Shown here: positions 1 through 8,358 of the stretch, in pieces
Position numbering within the stretch: position 1 is the first letter of the stretch
Layout of the letters: each line of letters opens with the position of its first letter
Origin: an uncultured Candidatus Bathyarchaeia archaeon
GTDB taxonomy: Archaea > Thermoproteota > Bathyarchaeia > 40CM-2-53-6 > JALHTG01
Assembly: GCA_964653695.1 (NCBI GenBank)
Contig: CAZZFQ010000004.1
Location: 1 to 50,075 of the forward strand
DNA length: 50,075 nucleotides
Direction: 5' to 3'
The notes under the pieces: model-generated
Database searches by the model: none
Told to the model about the DNA's origin: nothing
Seen by the model: only the letters and a program-made list of their open reading frames with translations
Program-made: the position numbers and the translations under genes

Positions 1-365
1 GCTTTCTTGGGCAAAATCTCACACCTTCAAGTGGACAGTAATACATGTTTGGAGAAGATAGATAAGTTTTGGGTTTCCTTGACTTCGACGGCGCTTCATG
101 GGCAACGTTCTATAGGGCTTCGTGTGTGTGAGGCCTCGCGTGAGAGTCATCCTTGAGCTTTCCCTTTGCCTCCGGCAACTCAAGGGACCAGCCAAACGCT
201 TCTTTCAGCTGAAGGATTCCATTCAATGCTGTTCTGCTAGAGCTTTTTTCGAGGTTCTCATCAAGAGAGAATGGCTCATTTTCTCAATATTCCGGCGAGA
301 AAGGAAAGAAATCACTCCAATGCGGTCAACCCGCCACAATTTCCCGCGTAGCGCTGATCTTTGCT

Positions 366-848
366 CTAACGTGCGAAAGGCTCGAAGTACGCTATGTCGA
401 GAACCGATCCTACCCGATCTTTCTTCTCTCTGAAGACGGCCTTGACCTCCATGCCAACGTGGACCTGTTGATCGCGTATCTTTCGAACTCTGTGAATAAT
501 GCCCTCGTTCGCTCCTTCAAGTCTTATCACCGCCAAAATCTCAGGTTCAGCCAATCTATTCCCGTCAGCGTCGAAATAGCACATAGTAAATGTTTCTATC
601 TGTCCCTCACTCGCCAGCTCTGTCCATTCACCTAGGCGTTCGAAGCATCGCTCACAGTAGATCTTTGGTGGAACGTGTACCATATCGCATTTCCTACATC
701 TGACGCCAAGAATCTTTGCGTTCTCTTTGATCTCTCTGAGAAATCTCTCTCCGGCAACGCCTGCAGTATACAAGAAGTTAACAGGCATCTTGCCCTTCAC
801 GTGCTTCATGTCCTCGGCAGATTGAATCCTTTGTGTGAAGCTCATCAA
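366..848 (-). CDS. DUF35-family OB-fold/zinc-ribbon protein (thiolase-associated)
   Basis: 160-aa ORF with a rubredoxin-like knuckle (RCRKCDMVHVPPKIYCERCF) followed by an OB-fold-like C-terminal half. It is the last gene of a minus-strand cluster with a second DUF35 gene and two thiolase-fold genes. Confidence 0.8.
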   Translation of the reverse strand: MMSFTQRIQSAEDMKHVKGKMPVNFLYTAGVAGERFLREIKENAKILGVRCRKCDMVHVPPKIYCERCFERLGEWTELASEGQIETFTMCYFDADGNRLAEPEILAVIRLEGANEGIIHRVRKIRDQQVHVGMEVKAVFREKKDRVGSVLDIAYFEPFAR

Positions 849-851
849 TAC

Positions 852-1361
852 TCACCTCTCAATCGGCCTGAAGTACCTGATATCCGTGATTGCGCCTGTT
901 CTCTCTTCTGGGCGTTTCCATACTGCTTGCACCTTCATCCCGAACTTGACTTTCTTGGGATCTGTCTCTCCAACTAGGTGTAGGATGCCGGCATCAGTCG
1001 TCCCGTCAATTTGAATCACAGTTGGTATCAGTGGTTCCTTGATTCTTGTTGCATCAGCTGCGATGTGACTTATTGAGTAAGTATTGACGACCCCGCTGTC
1101 TTTGAGAATAACCCAGCGATCGTTGGGCCTGAAGCACCACTCACAGAACATCCGCGGAGGAACTACTGTCCGGCCGCATTTATCGCATTGCCTTCCAACT
1201 ATCCTAGCGTTCTTCAGTTCGGCTAGATACCTGCCTATGGCGACCCCTGCAGACCAGTTGTACTTCGCTTTTGGCCAATAACCAATTGACAGTACTTTGC
1301 CCTGCTTCAAATCTTCTTCTCTAAGCGGAGTTCCTGCGTATTCCTTGATCTTGATGCTCAT
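852..1361 (-). CDS. DUF35-family OB-fold/zinc-ribbon protein (thiolase-associated)
   Basis: 169-aa ORF with a C-x2-C...C-x2-C knuckle (QCDKCGRTVVPPRMFCEWCF) and an OB-like C-terminus ending RYFRP. It lies 12 nt downstream of the thiolase-fold gene 1374..2549. Confidence 0.8.
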   Translation of the reverse strand: MSIKIKEYAGTPLREEDLKQGKVLSIGYWPKAKYNWSAGVAIGRYLAELKNARIVGRQCDKCGRTVVPPRMFCEWCFRPNDRWVILKDSGVVNTYSISHIAADATRIKEPLIPTVIQIDGTTDAGILHLVGETDPKKVKFGMKVQAVWKRPEERTGAITDIRYFRPIER

Positions 1362-1373
1362 TTTCTCCTCCCC

Positions 1374-2549
1374 CTACGCACGCATCACCACGACCGTTCC
1401 TACTTGCATGAGATCACCCCAAGCTTGGGCCACCGCGGTCTTGGGATCTCCTGGAATCTGTCTCTTCCCAGCTTCCCTTCTGAGTTGCCAGAAGAGTTCG
1501 CAGATCTTCATCAATCCAGCAGCAGCGATCGGGTTTCCAACGCCAAGAAGTCCTCCTGACGGACATACAGGAAGCTTTCCGTCTCGTTGAGTCACACCTT
1601 CCCACACAAGGTCAGGAGCCTCTCCCTTCTTGCAGAGCATGAGTCCCTCCATGTGATGAAGCTCCTTGTAGTCGAAAGGGTCGTAGGGTTCGGCGAAGTC
1701 TATTTCCTGTCTCGGGTTCTTGATTCCAGCCATCTGATAGGCCATCTTAGCTGCGTTCTCTACGTACTGTGGATAGTAGAGATCCCTGTTAGTCCAGTAG
1801 GCTGTGTCAAGATTCCATCCTACGCCATCAATCCAGACTGGAGAATCCGTGATCTTCCTTGCCACATCCTCAGAAGCCAAGACTACGGCCGCGGCGCCGT
1901 CGCTGGTAGGGCTGATATCTAACCGTTGAACTGGCCAGACGAGAACCTCTGAGTTGAGAACGTCCTCAACAGTAATCTTCTGTGCTAGCTGAGCGCACGG
2001 GTGATCCATTGCGTTTTTCTTGTTCTTGACAGAGACGGCTGCGATCTTCTCCTTCGGTATCTTGTGCACATGCATATACCTGTGCATCTCAAGTGCGAAG
2101 ATCCACACCAAGTTCGGGCCTAGTGGGCGCTCGGTGAAGTTGTCGAAGATCGTTAGAAAGGCGGCCTGCGGATGGGGCCTGCAGCTTGACATCTTCTCTT
2201 CGCAGACAACGAGGCACGTGTCGAAGAGTCCAGAAGCCACATGTTGCCACCCATGAATCGGTGCGAATACACCTGTGCCTCCTCCCACGTAGTTTCTCAT
2301 GTATGGTTTTCTCCAAGCTCCGGCCCCGTCGATAAGATACTCTCCCTTCATGTGAACACCGTCGAATGCGTCCGGTGCTGACCCCATCGTAACGCTCTCT
2401 ATGTCCTCTATCCTTAGACCGCACGAGTCGACGGCCATTCTTGCAGCTTCGTATGCCAGTTCCTTTCCCGTCTCCTGTGCTCTACGCATGAACTTTGTCA
2501 TCCCGGCGCCGACGACTGCAACTCTCTTCTTTATCAACAAGCCATTCAA
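1374..2549 (-). CDS. SCP-x/archaeal-type thiolase-fold protein with a non-canonical active site
   Basis: 391-aa ORF with thiolase-like N-terminus (VAVVGAGMTKF) and C-terminal SGGLLGVGNPIAAAG. This aligns by eye with the canonical paralog at 3877..5052. GGGTG occupies the CASSG nucleophile position and Asn replaces the GHP histidine. A 4-nt start/stop overlap with the upstream gene suggests coupling. Confidence 0.8.
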   Translation of the reverse strand: MNGLLIKKRVAVVGAGMTKFMRRAQETGKELAYEAARMAVDSCGLRIEDIESVTMGSAPDAFDGVHMKGEYLIDGAGAWRKPYMRNYVGGGTGVFAPIHGWQHVASGLFDTCLVVCEEKMSSCRPHPQAAFLTIFDNFTERPLGPNLVWIFALEMHRYMHVHKIPKEKIAAVSVKNKKNAMDHPCAQLAQKITVEDVLNSEVLVWPVQRLDISPTSDGAAAVVLASEDVARKITDSPVWIDGVGWNLDTAYWTNRDLYYPQYVENAAKMAYQMAGIKNPRQEIDFAEPYDPFDYKELHHMEGLMLCKKGEAPDLVWEGVTQRDGKLPVCPSGGLLGVGNPIAAAGLMKICELFWQLRREAGKRQIPGDPKTAVAQAWGDLMQVGTVVVMRA

Positions 2550-3703
2550 CTCCCCTCAGAAGTCAGGATCATAGCTGCACCACTCGCAGTTGGAATCCCT
2601 CTCCAACATTGAACAAATCCTGTTCGAGCGTTTTTCACTTGGTGCTCACCTGCCCGGTTCCGTAGTTGCAGAACCGTTTCGCAAAGCCTTTGGAGACCAG
2701 CCATCTCAAAGGTGTACCCCATTCCCAAGCTTCCTCCAGAAGCGTTCACTGGGATCTCACCGTCAGGCGCGGTTACCCCCTTCTCTGTGAGAACACCTGC
2801 CTCCCCTTCCTTGCAGAATCCCATAGCTTCAAGATGCTGAAGCTCCTTGTAGGAAAATGAATCGTCGATCTCAAGTAGGTCTAAGTCCTTCGGCCGAACA
2901 TCCTTCGCCATTTTGAACGTCTTGTCCGCAGCTACCTTCGCATATGTCGCTTCCCCCCATTCTCTTGCCTCCAAACACGGAGTGTCCGAGCACCATCCCA
3001 GTCCAAGGATCCACACAGGATCATCACAGAAGTCTTTGGCTTTCTCCTCGGACGCTAGGACGACTACGGCGGCGCCGTCGGCAGGCTCGGCAATATCCAT
3101 CTTGCCTAGGGGAAAGCAAACAGCTTCAGAAGCCAGTACATCTTGGGCCGTCGTTTGGGAGGCGTATGCTGCGTACGGATTTTCTAGCGCGTTCCTTCGA
3201 TTCTTCTCAACCACCCTTGCGCATTGTTCTCGAGTGTTACCGCTTTCGTGTAGGTATCTCATCATTTCTAGTCCTGCAACGAAGTATGGATCTGGGCCCA
3301 AAGGTCTCACATATACTGGGTCGAGTGCCAAGCTCATTATGTTCCGAATCGAGACTATCTCTGAGGGTTTGCTGTGGGCTTCGACGGCCGCCACATCAAT
3401 GAGTCCAGTTGAGATCTGCATGTATGCCGTTATTAGGCTGTAGAGTCCATCTGCGGATATTGTGCAGACAGGTTTCAAGGATGCGCCGATTTGATCTGGC
3501 ACGTATTCGTCGAATATGCTTGTTCCTTCCCAGAAGTCCTCTGATGAGCAGATGAAGCTCTGCACATCTCTTCGAGGGTCTACTCCTGCGTCGTTGTAGG
3601 CCTTGACAGCGGCCTCAAACATCATCTCTTTATATGACAGGTCGGGTGCTATCGACCTGAGCTGCGTCATCCCGACACCGATCACTGCGACCCTAGGTGC
3701 CAT
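2546..3703 (-). CDS. SCP-x/archaeal-type thiolase-fold protein with a non-canonical active site
   Basis: 385-aa ORF with VAVIGVGMTQL N-terminus and SGGSLGMGYTFEMAG, where Tyr replaces the GHP histidine. Ungapped eye alignment puts Ser (TISADG) at the nucleophile position. It is the first gene of the 4-gene minus-strand cluster. Confidence 0.8.
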   Translation of the reverse strand: MAPRVAVIGVGMTQLRSIAPDLSYKEMMFEAAVKAYNDAGVDPRRDVQSFICSSEDFWEGTSIFDEYVPDQIGASLKPVCTISADGLYSLITAYMQISTGLIDVAAVEAHSKPSEIVSIRNIMSLALDPVYVRPLGPDPYFVAGLEMMRYLHESGNTREQCARVVEKNRRNALENPYAAYASQTTAQDVLASEAVCFPLGKMDIAEPADGAAVVVLASEEKAKDFCDDPVWILGLGWCSDTPCLEAREWGEATYAKVAADKTFKMAKDVRPKDLDLLEIDDSFSYKELQHLEAMGFCKEGEAGVLTEKGVTAPDGEIPVNASGGSLGMGYTFEMAGLQRLCETVLQLRNRAGEHQVKNARTGFVQCWRGIPTASGAAMILTSEGS

Positions 3704-3876
3704 CCTTTCACCATCGGAACTGGCTTCAGGTAATCCTCATTTTCTAATTTAAGACGATCGACAATCATGACAAACTTAGCAATGCCTAGAGAGGGCCGAC
3801 TGAGACGAGTGCTGTGCCTCAATGAAAGGATTATACGCCTAGTGCTTTCAATGTCAAACCATTCAAGTGGTAGAGC

Positions 3877-5052
3877 TTGAAGAGGAGACCTCTAGCATCG
3901 ATAGTTTCAGTAGGCCTTTCCAAGTTCGGGATATTGGAAGGAAAATACTCTAGAGAGATTTTCCTTGACGCTGCGAGAGAAGCTTTTGACAGTTGCTCGA
4001 ACCTTGATCCGAAGAGAAATGTAAAGGCACTATTTGTCGGACAGATGTCTGAGTCATTCGAGCATCAGGGGCATGTAGCACCCTCGCTGTCAGATTGGAT
4101 GGGTCTTCTACCCATTCCTGCGATCAGAATCGAGGCGGCGTGTGCCTCCTCGGGTGCGGCCCTGAGATGTGCGATTTTCGCAATCATGTCTGGAGCATAT
4201 GACATCGTGGCAGTAGGCGGCGTGGAAAAGATGACCCACCGGGCCACCTCTGACGTAACAGAATACTTGGCTATGGCTTCCGATTTTCCAATGGAACAAT
4301 GGCACGGTATAACGTTTCCGGCGATCTTCGGATTGATTGCTACTGCCCACATGCACAAATACGGAACGACTGAGGAGCAGATGGCCATGGTCGCGGTAAA
4401 GAATCACCACCACGGATGCCTCAACCCTAAGGCTCAGATGCAGACCGAGATTACGGTGAAGCAGGTAATGGAATCCAAACCGATAGCGTGGCCGCTGAAG
4501 CTATTTGACTGCTCTTTGATCAGCGATGGAGCAAGCTGCTTGGTCATCACCAGACCCGATATCGCTAGACGTTTCACCGACACCCCCGTAGATATTGTTG
4601 GTACTGGGCAAGCCAGTGACACGATAGGGCTCTATGAAAGAGATGACATAACCTTCATGCAAGTCGCTCGATTGGCTGCCAAGCAAGCCTATGAGATGTG
4701 GGGCAAGACGCCTCGTAGCATAGATGTCGCGGAGGTGCACGATTGCTTTACGATAGCGGAGATAGTTGCATACGAGGATCTGGGTTTCTGTGCACCAGGC
4801 GAAGGAGGAAAGCTAGTTGAGGAAGGAGAGACACAGCTGGGTGGGAGAATCCCGGTAAACACGAGTGGCGGCCTCAAGGCCAAGGGGCATCCTGTCGGAG
4901 CGACTGGTGCTGCGCAAGCGTGCGAGATCTATCTTCAACTGACTGGGCAGGCTGAAGGGCGACAAGTCGAAGATGCGAGCATAGGCTTGACCCATAATAT
5001 CGGTGGCTCGGGGTCGACTGGGGTCGTCCACATCTTCAGGAGAAGAGGTTGA
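3877..5052 (+). CDS. Acetyl-CoA C-acyltransferase (archaeal/SCP-x-type thiolase), canonical motifs
   Basis: 391-aa ORF with the nucleophile motif AACASSGAA, plus VHDCFTIAE and GHPVGATG motifs. It is followed directly by a DUF35 gene, the classic archaeal thiolase/DUF35 pairing. Confidence 0.85.
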   Translation: MKRRPLASIVSVGLSKFGILEGKYSREIFLDAAREAFDSCSNLDPKRNVKALFVGQMSESFEHQGHVAPSLSDWMGLLPIPAIRIEAACASSGAALRCAIFAIMSGAYDIVAVGGVEKMTHRATSDVTEYLAMASDFPMEQWHGITFPAIFGLIATAHMHKYGTTEEQMAMVAVKNHHHGCLNPKAQMQTEITVKQVMESKPIAWPLKLFDCSLISDGASCLVITRPDIARRFTDTPVDIVGTGQASDTIGLYERDDITFMQVARLAAKQAYEMWGKTPRSIDVAEVHDCFTIAEIVAYEDLGFCAPGEGGKLVEEGETQLGGRIPVNTSGGLKAKGHPVGATGAAQACEIYLQLTGQAEGRQVEDASIGLTHNIGGSGSTGVVHIFRRRG

Positions 5053-5533
5053 TACGGACTTGGAATCCCCCCTAACACTTGAGAGTTTCTACGAATTCTG
5101 CGCCCAGAACAAGTTGATGGGCGCAAGATGCAAATCGTGCGGAGCAATTCTGGTACCACCTAGAGCCGTCTGCCCCAAATGCGGCTCAACAGATACGCAA
5201 TGGACAGAGCTTAAAGGAACTGGAAAGCTCTTGACGTACTCAGTGGTGCATGTGGCCCCGCGAGCCTTTCAGCCATTCGTACCCTACGCGGTTGGGATAG
5301 TCCTGCTCACTGAGGGTGCTAGGCTCCCAGGAATGATCCGAACTGATCTGAAAGATCTCAGGATAGGATTGGTCCTGAAGGCCGCCTTTGACCCTGCTCA
5401 GTCAGAGAGCTGGCCTTCTTGGGCAAGATACTACTTTGTGAGAGCCGGCACTCTGAGAGAGTACACAGGTCACTCATGTTGGCGGAAACATCCAAGTGGA
5501 CTAGCGCTTCCGTCTTTTCATGAAGCACTTTGA
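5003..5533 (+). CDS. DUF35-family OB-fold/zinc-ribbon protein
   Basis: Contains ARCKSCGAILVPPRAVCPKCGS followed by an OB-like region. The ORF-track start at 5003 overlaps the thiolase by 50 nt. A TTG near 5060, after an AGGAGAAGAGG string, is a more likely start. Confidence 0.75.
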   Translation: MARGRLGSSTSSGEEVDTDLESPLTLESFYEFCAQNKLMGARCKSCGAILVPPRAVCPKCGSTDTQWTELKGTGKLLTYSVVHVAPRAFQPFVPYAVGIVLLTEGARLPGMIRTDLKDLRIGLVLKAAFDPAQSESWPSWARYYFVRAGTLREYTGHSCWRKHPSGLALPSFHEAL

Positions 5534-5649
5534 AGAAAATTGACACAGCGATGACACCTGCAAGTGCGTCTACAATCGACTCCTAAGGATCACGGGGCAT
5601 TCGCAGAAGACATCGCTGCAATTGCTCCGATCCTTCGGAAGCAACCAAG

Positions 5650-6231
5650 TTATGACAGTAATCTTCGAATTAGTCTCAGCACCAGTAGAGGAGAGATTAT
5701 CATCGTGCTCAAAACCAATGTTCCAGTTGAAACCATGGCTATGAACTCTGCGATGCTTATTTGACCGATGTAGAGAAACACGTATGACATCCCGAGGGCG
5801 AGGAGTGAAACGAGCCAGACTAAGGCCAGAGGCCTCAACGACATTCCGCTCTTCTTTCGTTTGTCGTCTGCTTTGACTGCGCCAAGGGCGATAATAGGCG
5901 ACGCGTATAGAAGCCCGAGGAGTGAACCTGAGACCAGGCCTGCCATAAGTACTCCGATCTCTGATTGTGGCTGGCAGATGTCGAACAGGGCTTGTCCGAG
6001 GCTGAGTGATCCAAGTAGTGGAGACAGTAGGACTCTTACGGCGGCTCTGGCAGTATCGCTTGCCGATATGAGTTCTGCTAGAGACGGGCTGAACGAGTAG
6101 TAGAACGCGTTGAATGCCTTCATGAACTGTGATCCCGCAAAGCTGCTCAATACGCGGCGATCTCTAAACTCTCTTAGAAACTGCACATGTGGTGAGAGCT
6201 CTGACTCGTATGCGGCTGAAGCTATGAGACA
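5650..6231 (-). repeat. Coding repeat: shared C-terminal Cys-box/FNAFYYSFSP anchor module, copy in gene 5650..7920 (extended version, 193 aa)
   Basis: Begins at the Cys codon (plus-strand ACA at 6229-6231). Contains the shared DNA string GGGCTGAACGAGTAGTAGAACGCGTTGAA starting at 6086. Confidence 0.85.
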
Positions 6232-7920
6232 TCTGCCCGGCGTTACAGCACGAGTCGTGGTTGTTGTCGCGGTGGTGGTTGCCGATGTAGTGGAGGTTGT
6301 GGTGGATACGGATGTTGAAGTTATGGTCGTTGTCGTCGTTGTGCTTGTGGAGCTGACGCTGTAGAAAGTCGTGGTTGTACTGACCGATACTGTCCAAATG
6401 TAGCTTGTCGAGGTGGCTAGGAACGTGAATATCGACATCGTATACGTGAACCCAACAGTCGTGTTTGTCGTCGTGGTCGTAGCCATCGCCGTGTAGATGA
6501 AGGACGTACTGGTTACAGGTATCCACGTGACGGTCGTGGTCCACGTGGATAGCGTAGAAGTTGTTGTGGTCGTATAGACCACCAAGGTTCCAGTTCTCGT
6601 CGTTGTTGCCGACGCAGTTGTTACAACGAACAAGAGTGGGCTCATTAGCGGGAAGAAGTCTTTGCTGTTCTTCGGACCGGAAAGCGTGTACGGAGTATCT
6701 CCGATTCCGTCGTTGTTGTTGTCGAAGCCGCTGTAGGCTGACCAGTAGTTTCCTCTCGAACCATCGTCCCATGCTATCGTTGTGCCATTGTCCCATGCTT
6801 GGATACCGGCCGGCTGTATACAGGGCAGCGAGTGAAGACCATTGTTTCTTATGTCGTTTCGATAGGTCTGGCACAGAGTCGTGACGTTTCCAAGTTTAGA
6901 GCCTACAACTATTCCTGCGAAGTCGTTGAGGTATATATCATTGAAGGTGATTCGCACGTTCCTTGCGCTCTGCATGAAGATTCCGGTGCCATTCGTGGCG
7001 GCGCTGTGTATCCTATTGTTGTAGATGGTGATGTCTTTGTTCTCGTAGTCTAGGCTTGTGTCATTGGACCTCCGCAAATATATGTTTCCTCCTGTTCCGT
7101 TTGTGGCTCTCTGATAGTTTGCATACATGATGTTTCCAGCGATCTCCAAGCTCTGAACGTGGTCCAGTCTGATCGCTGAGAGATGACAGTTGTATATCGT
7201 GTTGTCCCTGATCTTGTTGTCTATGTTCATAGAGCTTCCAATGGAACCGTTGATGACTATGCCTTCTCCCCTATTGAAAGGGGGAGAAGGAGGTCCGATC
7301 TTGTATATGGTGTTCCGCGATATCTCGTTCCTTTGGCATCCTTGCCTTAGGCAAACCGCGGACTCCGAATTCTCATAGATCTCGTTGTCAGTGATCATGT
7401 TTCCCTCAGCTGCGCTGATGAGTATGCTGGCAGAATTGTATCGTATTATGTTGAAGGTAATTATGTTGTTGAAGGAGCCGTATGCACTGATCGCTGTTCT
7501 GGCGTTCATCATATAACAGTAGCTGATGGTGCTTGGTCTGGTCGCACTGTAAAGGTAGATTCCTGCCCACTTGTTGCGATCGGTTCCGCCATCCTTCCAA
7601 GCGAATGTGATACGGTTCCCTGCTGTTCCAGAAGCTGCCAGCTTACCTCGTACCGTTAGGTTATAGTAGCCGTCGAAGTAGACTATTACCCCTGGCTCTA
7701 TGGTCAGGCTCTCATCGGTTGGGATAGTGACGTCTCTCTTTACGTGAAACGGGCTGTCAATAATCCTCCAGACCCCTCTTACAATTCCGTCAGAAGGATT
7801 CACGTCAGTTCCATAAGCTATTCTTATCTGCTCAATCATGAGTGATGAAACGATAATTCCCACGGCTATTAGGATAAGCAGCCAACATCTTCTCATTGAG
7901 ACAGCTCCGCGCGAGACCAA
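5650..7920 (-). CDS. Membrane-anchored surface protein: NosD/PbH1-like right-handed beta-helix head + Thr/Ser stalk + shared C-terminal Cys-box anchor module
   Basis: 756-aa ORF with an N-terminal hydrophobic segment (MRRCWLLILIAVGIIVSSL). It has repeated beta-helix turns (..ITDNEIYEN.., ..ISRNTIYK.., ..IRDNTIYNC.., ..IYNNRIHS.., ..ITFNDIYLN..) ending in GNYWSAYSGFDNNNDGIGDTPYTL, a motif typical of NosD-like domains. A Thr/Ser-rich stretch follows, then CLIASAAYESELSPHVQFLREFRDRR...FNAFYYSFSP and several C-terminal hydrophobic helices. The likely true start is the ATG at 7896. Confidence 0.75.
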   Translation of the reverse strand: MVSRGAVSMRRCWLLILIAVGIIVSSLMIEQIRIAYGTDVNPSDGIVRGVWRIIDSPFHVKRDVTIPTDESLTIEPGVIVYFDGYYNLTVRGKLAASGTAGNRITFAWKDGGTDRNKWAGIYLYSATRPSTISYCYMMNARTAISAYGSFNNIITFNIIRYNSASILISAAEGNMITDNEIYENSESAVCLRQGCQRNEISRNTIYKIGPPSPPFNRGEGIVINGSIGSSMNIDNKIRDNTIYNCHLSAIRLDHVQSLEIAGNIMYANYQRATNGTGGNIYLRRSNDTSLDYENKDITIYNNRIHSAATNGTGIFMQSARNVRITFNDIYLNDFAGIVVGSKLGNVTTLCQTYRNDIRNNGLHSLPCIQPAGIQAWDNGTTIAWDDGSRGNYWSAYSGFDNNNDGIGDTPYTLSGPKNSKDFFPLMSPLLFVVTTASATTTRTGTLVVYTTTTTSTLSTWTTTVTWIPVTSTSFIYTAMATTTTTNTTVGFTYTMSIFTFLATSTSYIWTVSVSTTTTFYSVSSTSTTTTTTITSTSVSTTTSTTSATTTATTTTTRAVTPGRCLIASAAYESELSPHVQFLREFRDRRVLSSFAGSQFMKAFNAFYYSFSPSLAELISASDTARAAVRVLLSPLLGSLSLGQALFDICQPQSEIGVLMAGLVSGSLLGLLYASPIIALGAVKADDKRKKSGMSLRPLALVWLVSLLALGMSYVFLYIGQISIAEFIAMVSTGTLVLSTMIISPLLVLRLIRRLLS

Positions 7921-7926
7921 TTGAGG

Positions 7927-8358
7927 CTATCCGTGCCCTATCCGTCGCCAAGACAGGGCTTGATTCACCGCTCTCTTGATGTCACCTTTCCTTCTGATTA
8001 CGCATCTAATTCCCATAACGGGTAGTACAAATGAAACGATCCCAACTAGAGCGCCGGAAAACAGCCCTAATGCGACCACCCCAAGTTCTGGAGCAAAGCC
8101 TAGCGCATTGAAGACGGATGATGAGACTTGAAGGATATATATCAACGGGTATACTAAGGCACGGACCACCGCCGCCAGAACTGGTGACGAGGCGATTATT
8201 GAGGCAACGGTTGGGCTGAACGAGTAGTAGAACGCGTTGAAGATCTTCATGAATTGCGCCCCAGCGAAGGTCGATAGGATTTTCCTGTCTCTGAACATTC
8301 TGAGCGACTGAACTTCTGGTGCGAGCTCTGACCCGTACGCTGCTGAGGCTATTATACA
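7927..8358 (-). repeat. Coding repeat: shared C-terminal anchor module, copy in gene 7927..10173 (143 aa)
   Basis: An identical 29-nt string GGGCTGAACGAGTAGTAGAACGCGTTGAA starts at 8213. The protein motif is CIIASAAYGS...FRDR...FNAFYYSFSP. Confidence 0.85.

Noticed and set aside
122-433. 103-aa plus-strand ORF at the window start.
   Set aside because: It overlaps the 3' end of the DUF35 gene, is Arg/Cys/Ser/Leu-rich and has no motif. I could not support any gene in 1-365 on either strand.
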